Shown here piece after piece: positions 38,811 through 49,084 of a stretch of DNA of 59,620 bases; the first letter of the stretch is position 1, and each line of letters opens with the position of its first letter. The stretch spans positions 1 through 59,620 of IMG/VR virus record IMGVR_UViG_3300009507_000020; one strand, 5' to 3'. The notes beneath the pieces are model-generated. The model did no database searches. It saw only the letters and a program-made list of their open reading frames with translations, and had not been told where the DNA came from. A program made the translations under genes and the position numbers. This DNA comes from a virus. Its lineage: Duplodnaviria > Caudoviricetes.

Positions 38811-39430
38811 AAATATTAGTTGATCCCAAATACAACCCCGCAGGGAAGTCGATCACGTCCTCTACTAAAATAGGGCCGGGTATCACATGCGCTAAGTTTC
38901 TTGGTGCACTAGGATCTCGTACACAATTTGATAGACTTTATAACGACTCGTTCAGTGGCCCCATAGACCGTGCACAAGTTGCACGTAATCTTGTCCTTCA
39001 TGCAAATGCAATGATAATGATCTTTGCTAATGAAGAGTTTTCCCAACATAGATTGATTGTATCGGACGGTGTATACGAACCATATCAGGACTTTACCGCA
39101 AGTGGATACAAGGGTGAATACCCAAGTGGTTTCAACAAACTGCGACAAAATGGACAAGGTATCGGTTACCAGTTAATTGATAAGAACGGTAAGAGTGATC
39201 CACGCAAAAGTTATGATCTCGCAGTGTTTTGGAAAGATTATCTTGATTATGATGAGATAGAACTTGCGTATGATACCTTTGATCCTAATGGAGATTTGGT
39301 CACAACTATACTAGTTTCTATGCCTAAGGTGGGCGAGGATTTCGATGTTTCTTTCGGTTATGATATAAACACCACATTCAACGGTACTTTACAAACTCAG
39401 TCCGAGTTGTTAGAGATACTACCTGAATAA
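38807..39430 (+). CDS. baseplate-region hypothetical protein
   Basis: 207-aa ORF coupled to gp5C, before gp25. Confidence 0.65.
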   Translation: MKILVDPKYNPAGKSITSSTKIGPGITCAKFLGALGSRTQFDRLYNDSFSGPIDRAQVARNLVLHANAMIMIFANEEFSQHRLIVSDGVYEPYQDFTASGYKGEYPSGFNKLRQNGQGIGYQLIDKNGKSDPRKSYDLAVFWKDYLDYDEIELAYDTFDPNGDLVTTILVSMPKVGEDFDVSFGYDINTTFNGTLQTQSELLEILPE

Positions 39431-39433
39431 TAG

Positions 39434-39441
39434 TATAAATA
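39434..39441 (+). promoter_or_regulatory. T4 late promoter
   Basis: TATAAATA before gp25. Confidence 0.8.
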
Positions 39442-39464
39442 AAAGAAAAAGGTTTCACTGAGAC

Positions 39465-40130
39465 ATGGCAAAGATATTTTCACCAGACGACAAAGACCCT
39501 AATAAGAGTCCTAGAGTCACCCGAGAACGTACGTTTTCCGATGTTGATTTGACATTGGATGCTCGGATTGCACCTACATATGCGTCTGGTGATGGAGATG
39601 TTTTACGAAAAACGGATGCTGCCGCAGTAAAACAATCACTCAAAAATCTGTTGTTGACCAATCGATTCGAGAAACCTTTTAGACCCGCATATGGTGGTGA
39701 CCTAGGTGGTCTACTGTTCGAAATGATGGACGAAACCACTGCGGATAAAATGATTCAACAGATTCGTTCCGCAGTAAAACGGTTTGAACCACGTGCGATC
39801 ATTACCAATTTAAAGATAGTTGCAACACCAAATTATAATGAGATATCGGTAGTTATCGAGTTTAGAGTAGTTAACTCACAGGTATCAGATACATTACGTA
39901 TCAAGATTGCAGACGGTGGCGGTGCATTACCTGTTGTTCTGCCAGTCACCACAACACCAGCACCAGATGAGATCTTATTATCTGAAGCTGGTTCGCGTAT
40001 GCTTACGTTTGATGGGTTGTTATTAAGAACAGACGAACTTGGTATCATTCCTGGCGCAATCTTGACTGTACCAGATGAAGTACAGTTGTTGACACAAGGT
40101 GAAATCGTATTAATAGTTGAACAAGTATAA
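39465..40130 (+). CDS. gp25: baseplate wedge subunit with C-terminal extension
   Basis: AVKQSLKNLLLTN.FEKPF.P.YG, LLFE, I...EPR. Confidence 0.9.
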   Translation: MAKIFSPDDKDPNKSPRVTRERTFSDVDLTLDARIAPTYASGDGDVLRKTDAAAVKQSLKNLLLTNRFEKPFRPAYGGDLGGLLFEMMDETTADKMIQQIRSAVKRFEPRAIITNLKIVATPNYNEISVVIEFRVVNSQVSDTLRIKIADGGGALPVVLPVTTTPAPDEILLSEAGSRMLTFDGLLLRTDELGIIPGAILTVPDEVQLLTQGEIVLIVEQV

Positions 40131-40139
40131 GAGGGTACT

Positions 40140-40331
40140 ATGCGAAGAAGACAATCTCGAAGATCGGACTATATTGAAATGCGGATGGAACAGTTAGCCG
40201 TAGAACGAGACAATCCGAATAACAACGAAATAGACTCTGCATGGTATCAAAGGATAATCCAAGAATTGGACTGGGCACAACAAGCAATGAATAAAACAAC
40301 TCAACGCAATTGTTTTATGGAGACAAATTAA
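40140..40331 (+). CDS. small hypothetical protein
   Basis: GAGG SD; WY.RIIQEL.W motif. Confidence 0.55.
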   Translation: MRRRQSRRSDYIEMRMEQLAVERDNPNNNEIDSAWYQRIIQELDWAQQAMNKTTQRNCFMETN

Positions 40332-42128
40332 ATGGCAACAACAATCAAGTCAACAGAGTTAGACTTCGACGGAATTAAGAATAATCTCAAGTTATTCCTC
40401 GCACAAAAGGAAGAGTTTGCTGATTACAATTTCGAAGCTTCTGGTGTCTCAAACTTACTGGACGTTCTTGCATACAACACGCATTACAATGCACTGCTTG
40501 CAAACTTTGCATTGAACGAGTCCTTCATATCCACTGCACAGTTGAGATCTTCTTTGGTCGGTCTTGCGAGTTCACTTGGGTACGCGGTATCTTCTCGCAA
40601 CGCATCCTTTGCGGTTCTGAGAATGTATCTGGACTATTCGTCTGACGTATCTCGCCCCGCGTCTATCTCTATGCCTAAAGGTTTTCAGTTCACCACTACC
40701 GTAGACAACAAGTCGTTTACATTTAAGACACGTGACGTGTTGACCGGAACCGATGATGGAAATGGTCTATACTACTTTCAAGTCAATGCAAACACCAATG
40801 TTGCAATATACGAAGGAACTGAAAGAACTAAGAACTTTATTGCTGGCCCCGTTGCAGAGAATGACTCGTACGTTATACCTGAGTCACGATTAGACCTTGA
40901 CACTGTAGAGGTTAGGGTGTATAATGACACTTCGACTTCTTCATATGACGTATATACTAACCTAAACACAACTACTAATATTAGTTCAATATCTAAGATC
41001 TTCGTGATCAAGGAGACTCCTAATGGTTCGTATGAAATTACTTTTTCTAACGGTACTACCTTGGGTCTTTCTCCTCAGTCTGGGAATAGAATCGAGGTCG
41101 TCTATGACATCACCGCAGGGCCAGAGGCAAATGGTGCAAGAACATTCACACCAGACAGTGGCATCAATGGGAAAGAAGTCCAGATTACCACAACAACCAT
41201 CTCATCTGGTGGATCACTAAAAGAAGACTTGGAGTCCATTCGTAAGAATGCACCCTATCAGTATGCTGCACAGAATCGTGCAGTGACCGCAGAAGATTAC
41301 TCTTCGTTGATACTACGTGAATATGGTAACATCGTAACAGACGTTAAAACATGGGGTGGAGAAGACAACGTACCCCCTCAATATGGTACAGTATTTACGT
41401 CACTAGTATTCTCATCTGAAGATGCGACTCTAAAACAGACAACTAAGGATGGTATTCGTTCTCTTTTGAAGGATCTCGCAGTGGTCACTTTTAGTCTTGA
41501 GTTTGTAGACCCTATTGAGACATTCATTGAGGTACAGACCTTCTTCCAGTACAATCAGAACTTGACTGCATTAAATCAATCCTCGGTTCAGAACAACGTC
41601 AAGACAACTATGCAGACTCATTTTGATGCGAACCTTGGTGACTTTGACCAGTCATTCCGTCGTTCTAATCTACTGACAGAGATCGACGACACAGATCCAT
41701 CCGTGTTATCTTCTCGTGCAGAGATAAAGATGCAAAACAGATTTAAACCTGTTACCGGTCAAACCAACTACAAAGTGTACTATCCTACGTCGATTGCTGC
41801 ACCGGATGACACTCAACACATAGTTATCTCAAAGAACTTCAGATATCAAGGTGAGACATGTTACTTACGTAATCGTCTGAGTTCTAATGTACTTGAGTTG
41901 TTCAGTTACACGGCAGGTAAACTCGCGTTGGACAATGTGGGCACATATGATGCTGCGACTGGAATATTGAACCTAGAGAACTTTATTATCTCTTTAACAA
42001 GTGGGGATCATGTTAAAATTGTTGCAACTCCCGCTAATCAAGCTACAATAACGCCACTGCGAAATAACATTCTAAGATATGATGCTGCATCATCATTTGC
42101 GAATGCTATCTTGACAGATTCATTATAA
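40332..42128 (+). CDS. gp6: baseplate wedge subunit
   Basis: LDFD.IK.NL, DYNFEAS...LLDVLAYNTHYN, QNRAVTAEDY, WGGEDN.PP.YG. Confidence 0.95.
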   Translation: MATTIKSTELDFDGIKNNLKLFLAQKEEFADYNFEASGVSNLLDVLAYNTHYNALLANFALNESFISTAQLRSSLVGLASSLGYAVSSRNASFAVLRMYLDYSSDVSRPASISMPKGFQFTTTVDNKSFTFKTRDVLTGTDDGNGLYYFQVNANTNVAIYEGTERTKNFIAGPVAENDSYVIPESRLDLDTVEVRVYNDTSTSSYDVYTNLNTTTNISSISKIFVIKETPNGSYEITFSNGTTLGLSPQSGNRIEVVYDITAGPEANGARTFTPDSGINGKEVQITTTTISSGGSLKEDLESIRKNAPYQYAAQNRAVTAEDYSSLILREYGNIVTDVKTWGGEDNVPPQYGTVFTSLVFSSEDATLKQTTKDGIRSLLKDLAVVTFSLEFVDPIETFIEVQTFFQYNQNLTALNQSSVQNNVKTTMQTHFDANLGDFDQSFRRSNLLTEIDDTDPSVLSSRAEIKMQNRFKPVTGQTNYKVYYPTSIAAPDDTQHIVISKNFRYQGETCYLRNRLSSNVLELFSYTAGKLALDNVGTYDAATGILNLENFIISLTSGDHVKIVATPANQATITPLRNNILRYDAASSFANAILTDSL

Positions 42129-42131
42129 ATA
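42124..42131 (+). promoter_or_regulatory. T4 late promoter
   Basis: TATAAATA overlapping the gp6 stop, before gp8. Confidence 0.75.
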
Positions 42132-42159
42132 GATAAACAAACAATAGAGTGTAAGTTAC

Positions 42160-43521
42160 ATGACGACCAGTTCAATAACATCCGACGGCAGAAAGGTAAT
42201 GATCAACCAGTTCAAAAATAGTTTGGACGGTGACAGTGATCGATATTACATTGGTTTATCCAGTAGTGATTCTTCGTCTGCGGGATTACATGATCAAATG
42301 ATGACAAGAAATGAAATGCATTTTGTCAAATCAATTTCTGCAAACAGTTTTGTTGTGGAAACAAACGACTGGATTTCGGGTACTTCTTACAATCAGTACG
42401 ATAATAACGACACAAATCGTTCTAACTTCTATGTTGCCAATAGTAATAGTGAAGTTTTTATGGTCATAGAACAAGGAAAGAATAGTGCAGGTGTTGCGAC
42501 TGGATCAACGGTAGAACCTACTGTCGAAATTGCAACTGCATATAACGGAATACAGAATACATTCCCTACCGGTGACGGGTATCTTTGGAGATATTTGTAC
42601 AGGATGTCTGGTGGTGCTGTAAACAATTTTAAAACATCTGAGTTCATGCCTGTCTCTGTTATTAAGGGTACGGCTAGTATTGCAGAAACTATCGAACAGA
42701 AATCTCTACAGACTAACGCCATCAAAGGAGAACTTCTTGGTGTTGCAATCGTAGACGGTGGGTCAGGTTATCAATTTGTTCCACGGGTAGATATTGAAGG
42801 TAATGGTACCGGTGCAGCATTCTCCGCAACCATTGATGACGGTAAGGTTGTTAAAATTGAATTAGATTCGGACAAGTTCAGCAATCTGCTCCACGGTAGT
42901 GGTTATGACTATGCGAAGATTGTTCCATCCGACTTTACAAGATCGGGCAGTGCAGTATTCAGACCAATCATTGCACCACAAGGTGGTATCAATAAAGATC
43001 CGGTGTCGTCTCTGTGTGCAGGTAAGATCATGTTACAGAACACTATTCAGAACGATGAGGGTTCTACTTTACCTCTCGCAGACCCCGCAAATGATTTTAA
43101 ACAGGTCGTTCTGTTAAGTAATATAACGCAACTGGATTCAACTGCAAAGTACACTAGCAACGTAGGAACTGCGATGCACTCATTCACAGTTAGTTCTGGC
43201 AGCGACATTTTTGATGCAGATGAGATCTTCGTTAGTTCGAGCGGAGCAGGTGCTAAGGGTAAGACTTTTTGGCACGACAACTCAAACAACAGACTGTATT
43301 TTATACAGAATGACTCTACGGGGTTTGGAGAGTTCGAAATTAACACAACAATCACTACAGTGAATACTTCAAAAACAAAGTTCATTGATGCAATTGTTGA
43401 ACCAGATTTCGACAGATATTCGGGTGATTTAATGTACATAAATAACCTCAACAACGCTATACTACGATCAGGCACACAAACCGAAGATTTCCGAATCGTA
43501 ATTGATTTGGGAACAAAGTAA
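42160..43521 (+). CDS. gp8: baseplate wedge subunit
   Basis: W.SGT.Y..YD, FYV.N, DGYLWRYLY, FMPV, YSGD.MY.NN...R...QTED. Confidence 0.85.
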   Translation: MTTSSITSDGRKVMINQFKNSLDGDSDRYYIGLSSSDSSSAGLHDQMMTRNEMHFVKSISANSFVVETNDWISGTSYNQYDNNDTNRSNFYVANSNSEVFMVIEQGKNSAGVATGSTVEPTVEIATAYNGIQNTFPTGDGYLWRYLYRMSGGAVNNFKTSEFMPVSVIKGTASIAETIEQKSLQTNAIKGELLGVAIVDGGSGYQFVPRVDIEGNGTGAAFSATIDDGKVVKIELDSDKFSNLLHGSGYDYAKIVPSDFTRSGSAVFRPIIAPQGGINKDPVSSLCAGKIMLQNTIQNDEGSTLPLADPANDFKQVVLLSNITQLDSTAKYTSNVGTAMHSFTVSSGSDIFDADEIFVSSSGAGAKGKTFWHDNSNNRLYFIQNDSTGFGEFEINTTITTVNTSKTKFIDAIVEPDFDRYSGDLMYINNLNNAILRSGTQTEDFRIVIDLGTK

Positions 43522-43531
43522 AGGGACAAAA

Positions 43532-46500
43532 ATGGCAACTACATTTACATCTGCGACGTTAAGTGGTTCTTATGATGACGATCTCGATCAAGATAAGGGA
43601 TTTCATCAAATACTATTTAACAGTGGTAGGGCACTTCAAGCACGAGAGTTAACTCAACTTCAAAGTCTGATCTATCAAGAGATGGGTCGTTTTGGACGTA
43701 ACATCTTTAAAGAAGGTGCAGCGGTTAGTTCTGGTGGAATGGCAATCAACGCAGCTCACGAGTTTGTCAAGATCGCATCTACTAATGCAGGTTCTGCATT
43801 TGCAAACATTCCTGTCGGTACGGTTTTCAGAGATGACGTTACTGGTCTTGAAGCCAGAGTACTTGAAGTACAACCACGAAACACAGGTTTGGGTTTCACA
43901 TATGATACTTTATATGTCCAATACATCAATACTGATCAATCTGTTGTTGCCGGTCTACCTGATCGTTTCGGTGACAAAGTTACTCTGTTTGATCAGTCCG
44001 GTTCTGGTTACGAGTTAGTAACTGAGACTCCTAATGCATCTGGTCGTGGCGTACGGTTTGACGTTGCAACAGGTGACTTCTTTGTACTAGGTCGATTTGT
44101 AAAAGCAACTACACAAAACCTCATTATAAGTCCATACACCCAATCCTTTACTGGGGCGATTGGATTTAAGGTTGTTCAAGAAGTTATATCTGTATCAGAT
44201 GATGCGTCCTTGTATGATAACAATGGTGGTGCTGTTAATACTGCATCACCCGGCGCAGATCGATATAGAATAAGATTGATTCTATGTGATCATTCAACTA
44301 TCGCAAGCGACGAAACTTTCGTATTTCTTGCCAATGTCGAGAACTCAAAAATTGTTGAGGAAGTCGATGAGGGTGATGCATACAACAAGATTAACGAACT
44401 CATTGCACTACGTACCGAAGAAGAGTCGGGTGACTATATTGTCAACCCATACACGATTCACTTCGAAGATGAGGTTGCAGGTGATTCCTCTTTGGAATTG
44501 ATTGTATCGACCGGTAGTGCATATGTCAATGGTTATCGAGTAGATACTCCATCACCCGTTAAATTAAAAGTCCCACGTCCTCAGACTACAGACAACCGCA
44601 ACAACGACATTGTTCCTATTGAATACGGTAACTATTTTGTTGCAGATTCTGGTCGAGGTCTACCTAATCTGGATATGGCGACAGTCAATCTAAGCACGTC
44701 ACTGACAGATCCAAGTAGTAATACTATCGGTACTGCAAGAATACGTGCGGTAGAAAAAGGATCTACTCTTCCTAACAACGGAACGCACAAGATTTATGTC
44801 TTTGATATCAATGTCGACTCAGATAAAGACCTTACTGATATCAAGTCAATTGGTACTTCCACAACTAACTTATACAAGTTATCCACTGCGGTCAATGGTG
44901 CGGGAACAGACAGTGATGTGAAGTTGTTCAACACACAAGACAACTCCTTGTTGATGCCTTTGACTCAGAATAGACTCCAATCAATATCTGATATCGTTTT
45001 GAAAGTGCAACGACATGTTGGAAGTAAGACAGTTGCGTCAAGTAAGATTGACATCTCTTCTGTATTGGGTGCAGGCGAATCTTTTGTTGACACCAGTAAT
45101 TGGGTTGTTGCGTCTACTACTCGTGGTTTTATTCCACACACAGTCAATGCATCTAATGGTGAGATAACTCTCTCAGACGTTGCTGACGGTGTTGTTCTTG
45201 AAGTGTTGTACTATGTCCAGAAAACTGGTGCAGTACGTACCAAGACTGAATTGACTGGTATCACTGACACGTTGACCAAACAGACAGGATTTGACGTATA
45301 TAACGACGTTGCATACTGTTACTACGAGTTTGATCATGTTGATGTGACAGAACTAGACTCTGTGAGAGCAACTTTCTCTTCTGGTCTTGACATGTTCAAT
45401 AGTTTTATTTTGGACGATGGTCAGAGAGACAACTTCTATCAACGTGCACGTCTGATCCACAATGGGGAAGACAGTGCACCCAACAACTTGTATGTTAACT
45501 ATAAGAGATTGCGCCACAACAACGATGGTGACTTCTTTGCCGCGTCATCTTACAACACGATAAACTATAGGGATATACCTACTCACGTAAATCAGACTGG
45601 TAATGAAGTAAATCTATTTAATTACTTGGACTTCCGTTCTGATAATGACAATGGTACGTTTGCCAATATCAATTTCCTTCCTAAGAACGGTGACAATGTT
45701 ACCGCAGACATTAGTTACTACCTGCCCCGTGCAGATAAGTTATTGTTGACTCAAGAAGGTGAGTTGCAGTTGTTGATGGGTAACCAAGCAGCAGATCCAC
45801 AGTTCAAACCTACGCCAGAAAATGCGTTAGAGTTGTACAAGATAAAAATGAATCCTAATACGTTAAATGGTCAGGATCTATCTTTCGATCCAGTAGAACA
45901 TAGACATTATACTATGAAGGATATATCTAACCTTGAGGATAAGGTTGATGCATTATCAGAATCTACAGCTTTATCTATACTAGAGTTACGTAACCTTTTA
46001 AGTCCTTCTTTGGATAGTGCGGGAGAAGAAAGACTCGCGATTGGTAATCAATCAGACGATCAATCAGATCACGATACGTCAGACACTGAGAACGTAGATT
46101 ATTCTGCGTCACTAGATCCAGATGCCCAGATTATTTACCCTAAAGCGGCAGAAGAGAACATAAGACTTATGTTCAACAATTCATTGTCTACGGGTGTCAC
46201 TAAAATAGGTGACAACATATACTTGAACCATGATAGCGCAGAGTGGGCATTCCAGTCACTTGCATCTGATCATATTAAAGTCAACCCGTTTGGACATGTA
46301 CAGAATACCGGTACTCTCAAGATGTCACCGTCTTCTGACGAATGGAAAGATACTCAGACAAATGCAAACCGTGCAATTGAAGGTTCTGAAAACTTATCCA
46401 CCAATCAAGCGTTTTTATGGAACTCTTGGCAGTGGAACTGGCAGGGTCGTGTCGGTCTTATAACTCGATCGATTAAGTCCGCTGCAATTCGCAAACGATA

Positions 46501-48802
46501 CGCTGGTAGGACTGTCGATCTTGCACTCATTCCATTCATACGTTCACGTAAGGTCTTCTTCCACGCGAAGGGATTGAAACCCAATACTAGATTCACTCCA
46601 TTCTTTGATGGTATGAAAGTATCCGAGTGGTGTCGTGAAGAGTCGACGTTTGTTCGTTGGTCTGATCGTACCGATGGTTGGGGTAACCGTTATGGATGGA
46701 ACATTGCTGCTCACCCACAGGGATCTTCTGATTTAATCTCTGATGCAAACGGTGAGATCATTGGTTCCTACTTCATACCTTCTGTCCGTGCAGTTCGCGA
46801 AAAGGCAATTAAGAAGTGGGGTAAGAAAGCCGGTGCCAAGTACTTCACTCAACGTAGATTCCGTGCAGGTGTAAGAGAGTTCATGTTGCTAGACATTGAC
46901 AAACCCGATTGGGGTGAAGCAGGGTCTAAAGCATTCTGTTACTATGCAGCAATGGGTATCGCGATACACTCTTTGAATATTTGGAAGTATCTCCGTTATC
47001 CAGATTCCCCACATCCTTATTCATGGTTGAGTAAGAGGGCACAGACTCGCCTTACTAAAGAACAGAAGGAAAGACTGGACGCGGTATCTGCGGGTAATGT
47101 TTTGATAACAGAACCTAAAGTATCTGGTCGATTCGGTACCAATCAGATTCCATTAACTACAACAGAACTGCGTAACATTGACAACAAAAACACAATGTCT
47201 ACAGTTTTGTCAGACTACATTGGTGTGGATCTCAATCACCAAGCGTCTACTGAAGTTAATCCTATTGCACCACCTGAAAATCCATTGTCACAGACGTTTT
47301 ATGTCGACAACCCATATGGATTGGTATTGACCAAACTTCAGTTATACTTCCGTTCGAAAGATACGGGTAACCTTCCCGTGTCCATACACATACGTCCAGT
47401 AGAGAATGGTAAACCTTCTCAAAACATTATCGTGCCAGATTCTCATGTATTTAAGAATCCCGGCGATGTTGATGCGATTGGTACTACACCTATTCTCTCT
47501 ACTGTACAGTCTAGACCTACAACTTTTGAGTTTGATGAACCAATTCATCTACAACCTTGGAAGAGATATGCGATTGTAGTATCATCACAGTCAACTGAAT
47601 ATGAGTTGTTCAGTGCAACCGCAGGTAATCCTGTGTTAGGTTCTTCGGTCAAACGTGTAACTACACAACCAATTCCTGGCACTCTGTTCCTACCACAGAA
47701 CGGTACTAACTGGTTGGAGACTAAGAATCAAGACCTCATGTATCGTCTGTACCGTGCGAAGTTTAACCAAGGTGGTGGTTCTTTGATCTTGAACAACGAA
47801 GATCTTGCTCCTCGTGAGTTAGAGGACAATCCAATCTTAACTACTGCATTGTCTAATCGTGTATTTGTTAAACATATGTGTCACGGTCTGCGAGTAGGAG
47901 ATATTGCAAACCTAGACAGTGCGGAAGGATTCTTCGGTAACACTGCGGCAGACTTTAATGGTAACCACACAGTACAAGAAGTTGATGTACATGGTTATAC
48001 CATTGATGTTGACAGTGCAACGTTCTCTGGGTTCGGTGGTGGAGATAAGATTCGGTCTCAAGGTAACGTTGTCTTTACGACCGCAAATCTTATATTAGAG
48101 AATGCAATACCACGATCTACCTCAATTGATACATCCGCGAAGTTTACTTCTGGATCAAACATTAGTGGTGGAGAAACTCGATTCGTGCAAGATGCACAAT
48201 ATGCACGTATCACCCCTGAAGAAAATACTACTTTTGATTCTCCGAAAACAATCTATAATGCTGCATCCGAAACTTTAAACCTAGGTGCGGGTGTGAGATC
48301 TGCATACTTTAAGGTTGATTTCAAGTCTGGAGATGATTATGTTTCACCGATCATCGACCTACAGAGATCTTCTTTGGTTGCTGCGGGTTACTGTATAGAT
48401 GATCCTTCAATAACACCTCACCTATATCCAGTCTCAGAGACTGCACCTACTGGTGGTACTACTGCATCGAAGCACATTACTAAAGTAGTTGTGTTGCCGG
48501 AACCTGCTGTTGGTATTGATGCACGTGGCGATTGTTGGTTACCTGACAGTTCAGACGTAGACTTCTACTATAGAACTGCACAAGCGGACGAAGATATTAC
48601 TCTCCAACCTTGGATACTTCAAGAACCGAGAGAACCTCTTCCACGGAGAAATGACGGTAACTATAACCGTGCAGAGTATCTTGCGGGTGGTCAGAATGGT
48701 ACATTGAAACCATTCAATCAAGCGCAAACTAAATGGGTTATGAAAGCAGGTAGTATTGCCCCCGCAATTAAAAACCTTGCGATATCGTTTTTAGCGCATT
48801 AA
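43532..48802 (+). CDS. large virion structural protein (VrlC/DUF4815-like)
   Basis: YDDD......F..ILF..GRALQARELTQLQS, PGADRY, RT.EESGDY, AYV.GY, PFIRSR, PLSQTF; start placed at ATG 43532. Confidence 0.85.
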   Translation: MATTFTSATLSGSYDDDLDQDKGFHQILFNSGRALQARELTQLQSLIYQEMGRFGRNIFKEGAAVSSGGMAINAAHEFVKIASTNAGSAFANIPVGTVFRDDVTGLEARVLEVQPRNTGLGFTYDTLYVQYINTDQSVVAGLPDRFGDKVTLFDQSGSGYELVTETPNASGRGVRFDVATGDFFVLGRFVKATTQNLIISPYTQSFTGAIGFKVVQEVISVSDDASLYDNNGGAVNTASPGADRYRIRLILCDHSTIASDETFVFLANVENSKIVEEVDEGDAYNKINELIALRTEEESGDYIVNPYTIHFEDEVAGDSSLELIVSTGSAYVNGYRVDTPSPVKLKVPRPQTTDNRNNDIVPIEYGNYFVADSGRGLPNLDMATVNLSTSLTDPSSNTIGTARIRAVEKGSTLPNNGTHKIYVFDINVDSDKDLTDIKSIGTSTTNLYKLSTAVNGAGTDSDVKLFNTQDNSLLMPLTQNRLQSISDIVLKVQRHVGSKTVASSKIDISSVLGAGESFVDTSNWVVASTTRGFIPHTVNASNGEITLSDVADGVVLEVLYYVQKTGAVRTKTELTGITDTLTKQTGFDVYNDVAYCYYEFDHVDVTELDSVRATFSSGLDMFNSFILDDGQRDNFYQRARLIHNGEDSAPNNLYVNYKRLRHNNDGDFFAASSYNTINYRDIPTHVNQTGNEVNLFNYLDFRSDNDNGTFANINFLPKNGDNVTADISYYLPRADKLLLTQEGELQLLMGNQAADPQFKPTPENALELYKIKMNPNTLNGQDLSFDPVEHRHYTMKDISNLEDKVDALSESTALSILELRNLLSPSLDSAGEERLAIGNQSDDQSDHDTSDTENVDYSASLDPDAQIIYPKAAEENIRLMFNNSLSTGVTKIGDNIYLNHDSAEWAFQSLASDHIKVNPFGHVQNTGTLKMSPSSDEWKDTQTNANRAIEGSENLSTNQAFLWNSWQWNWQGRVGLITRSIKSAAIRKRYAGRTVDLALIPFIRSRKVFFHAKGLKPNTRFTPFFDGMKVSEWCREESTFVRWSDRTDGWGNRYGWNIAAHPQGSSDLISDANGEIIGSYFIPSVRAVREKAIKKWGKKAGAKYFTQRRFRAGVREFMLLDIDKPDWGEAGSKAFCYYAAMGIAIHSLNIWKYLRYPDSPHPYSWLSKRAQTRLTKEQKERLDAVSAGNVLITEPKVSGRFGTNQIPLTTTELRNIDNKNTMSTVLSDYIGVDLNHQASTEVNPIAPPENPLSQTFYVDNPYGLVLTKLQLYFRSKDTGNLPVSIHIRPVENGKPSQNIIVPDSHVFKNPGDVDAIGTTPILSTVQSRPTTFEFDEPIHLQPWKRYAIVVSSQSTEYELFSATAGNPVLGSSVKRVTTQPIPGTLFLPQNGTNWLETKNQDLMYRLYRAKFNQGGGSLILNNEDLAPRELEDNPILTTALSNRVFVKHMCHGLRVGDIANLDSAEGFFGNTAADFNGNHTVQEVDVHGYTIDVDSATFSGFGGGDKIRSQGNVVFTTANLILENAIPRSTSIDTSAKFTSGSNISGGETRFVQDAQYARITPEENTTFDSPKTIYNAASETLNLGAGVRSAYFKVDFKSGDDYVSPIIDLQRSSLVAAGYCIDDPSITPHLYPVSETAPTGGTTASKHITKVVVLPEPAVGIDARGDCWLPDSSDVDFYYRTAQADEDITLQPWILQEPREPLPRRNDGNYNRAEYLAGGQNGTLKPFNQAQTKWVMKAGSIAPAIKNLAISFLAH

Positions 48803-48805
48803 TCC

Positions 48806-49045
48806 GTGGGTATAGATAATTATGTGCCTGTGGAAGGTTACCCACACTTAGTTCGAGATACCGAATCCAACACGATTATTAACACCAATCGTGCTGGTAT
48901 TCGGTCAGCTAAACAAAAACAAAAGATCCGCCGAGAAAAGGAACTACAAGAGATGACACAAAGAAATCGTCTTGATAATCTAGAAAAAGATATATCAGAA
49001 ATCAAGCGTTCTTTGGAATTGTTAATTTCTAATATGCATAAATAG
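48806..49045 (+). CDS. small coiled-coil protein following the VrlC-like gene
   Basis: VEG.P.LVRD..S..IIN...LEKDISEIK..L. Confidence 0.7.
   Translation: MGIDNYVPVEGYPHLVRDTESNTIINTNRAGIRSAKQKQKIRREKELQEMTQRNRLDNLEKDISEIKRSLELLISNMHK
49037..49044 (+). promoter_or_regulatory. T4 late promoter variant for the giant ORF
   Basis: CATAAATA ~40 nt upstream of ATG 49085. Confidence 0.55.
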
Positions 49046-49084
49046 TATTATTAAAACTAGAGTTGCAGTGGGAATTACAATTTA

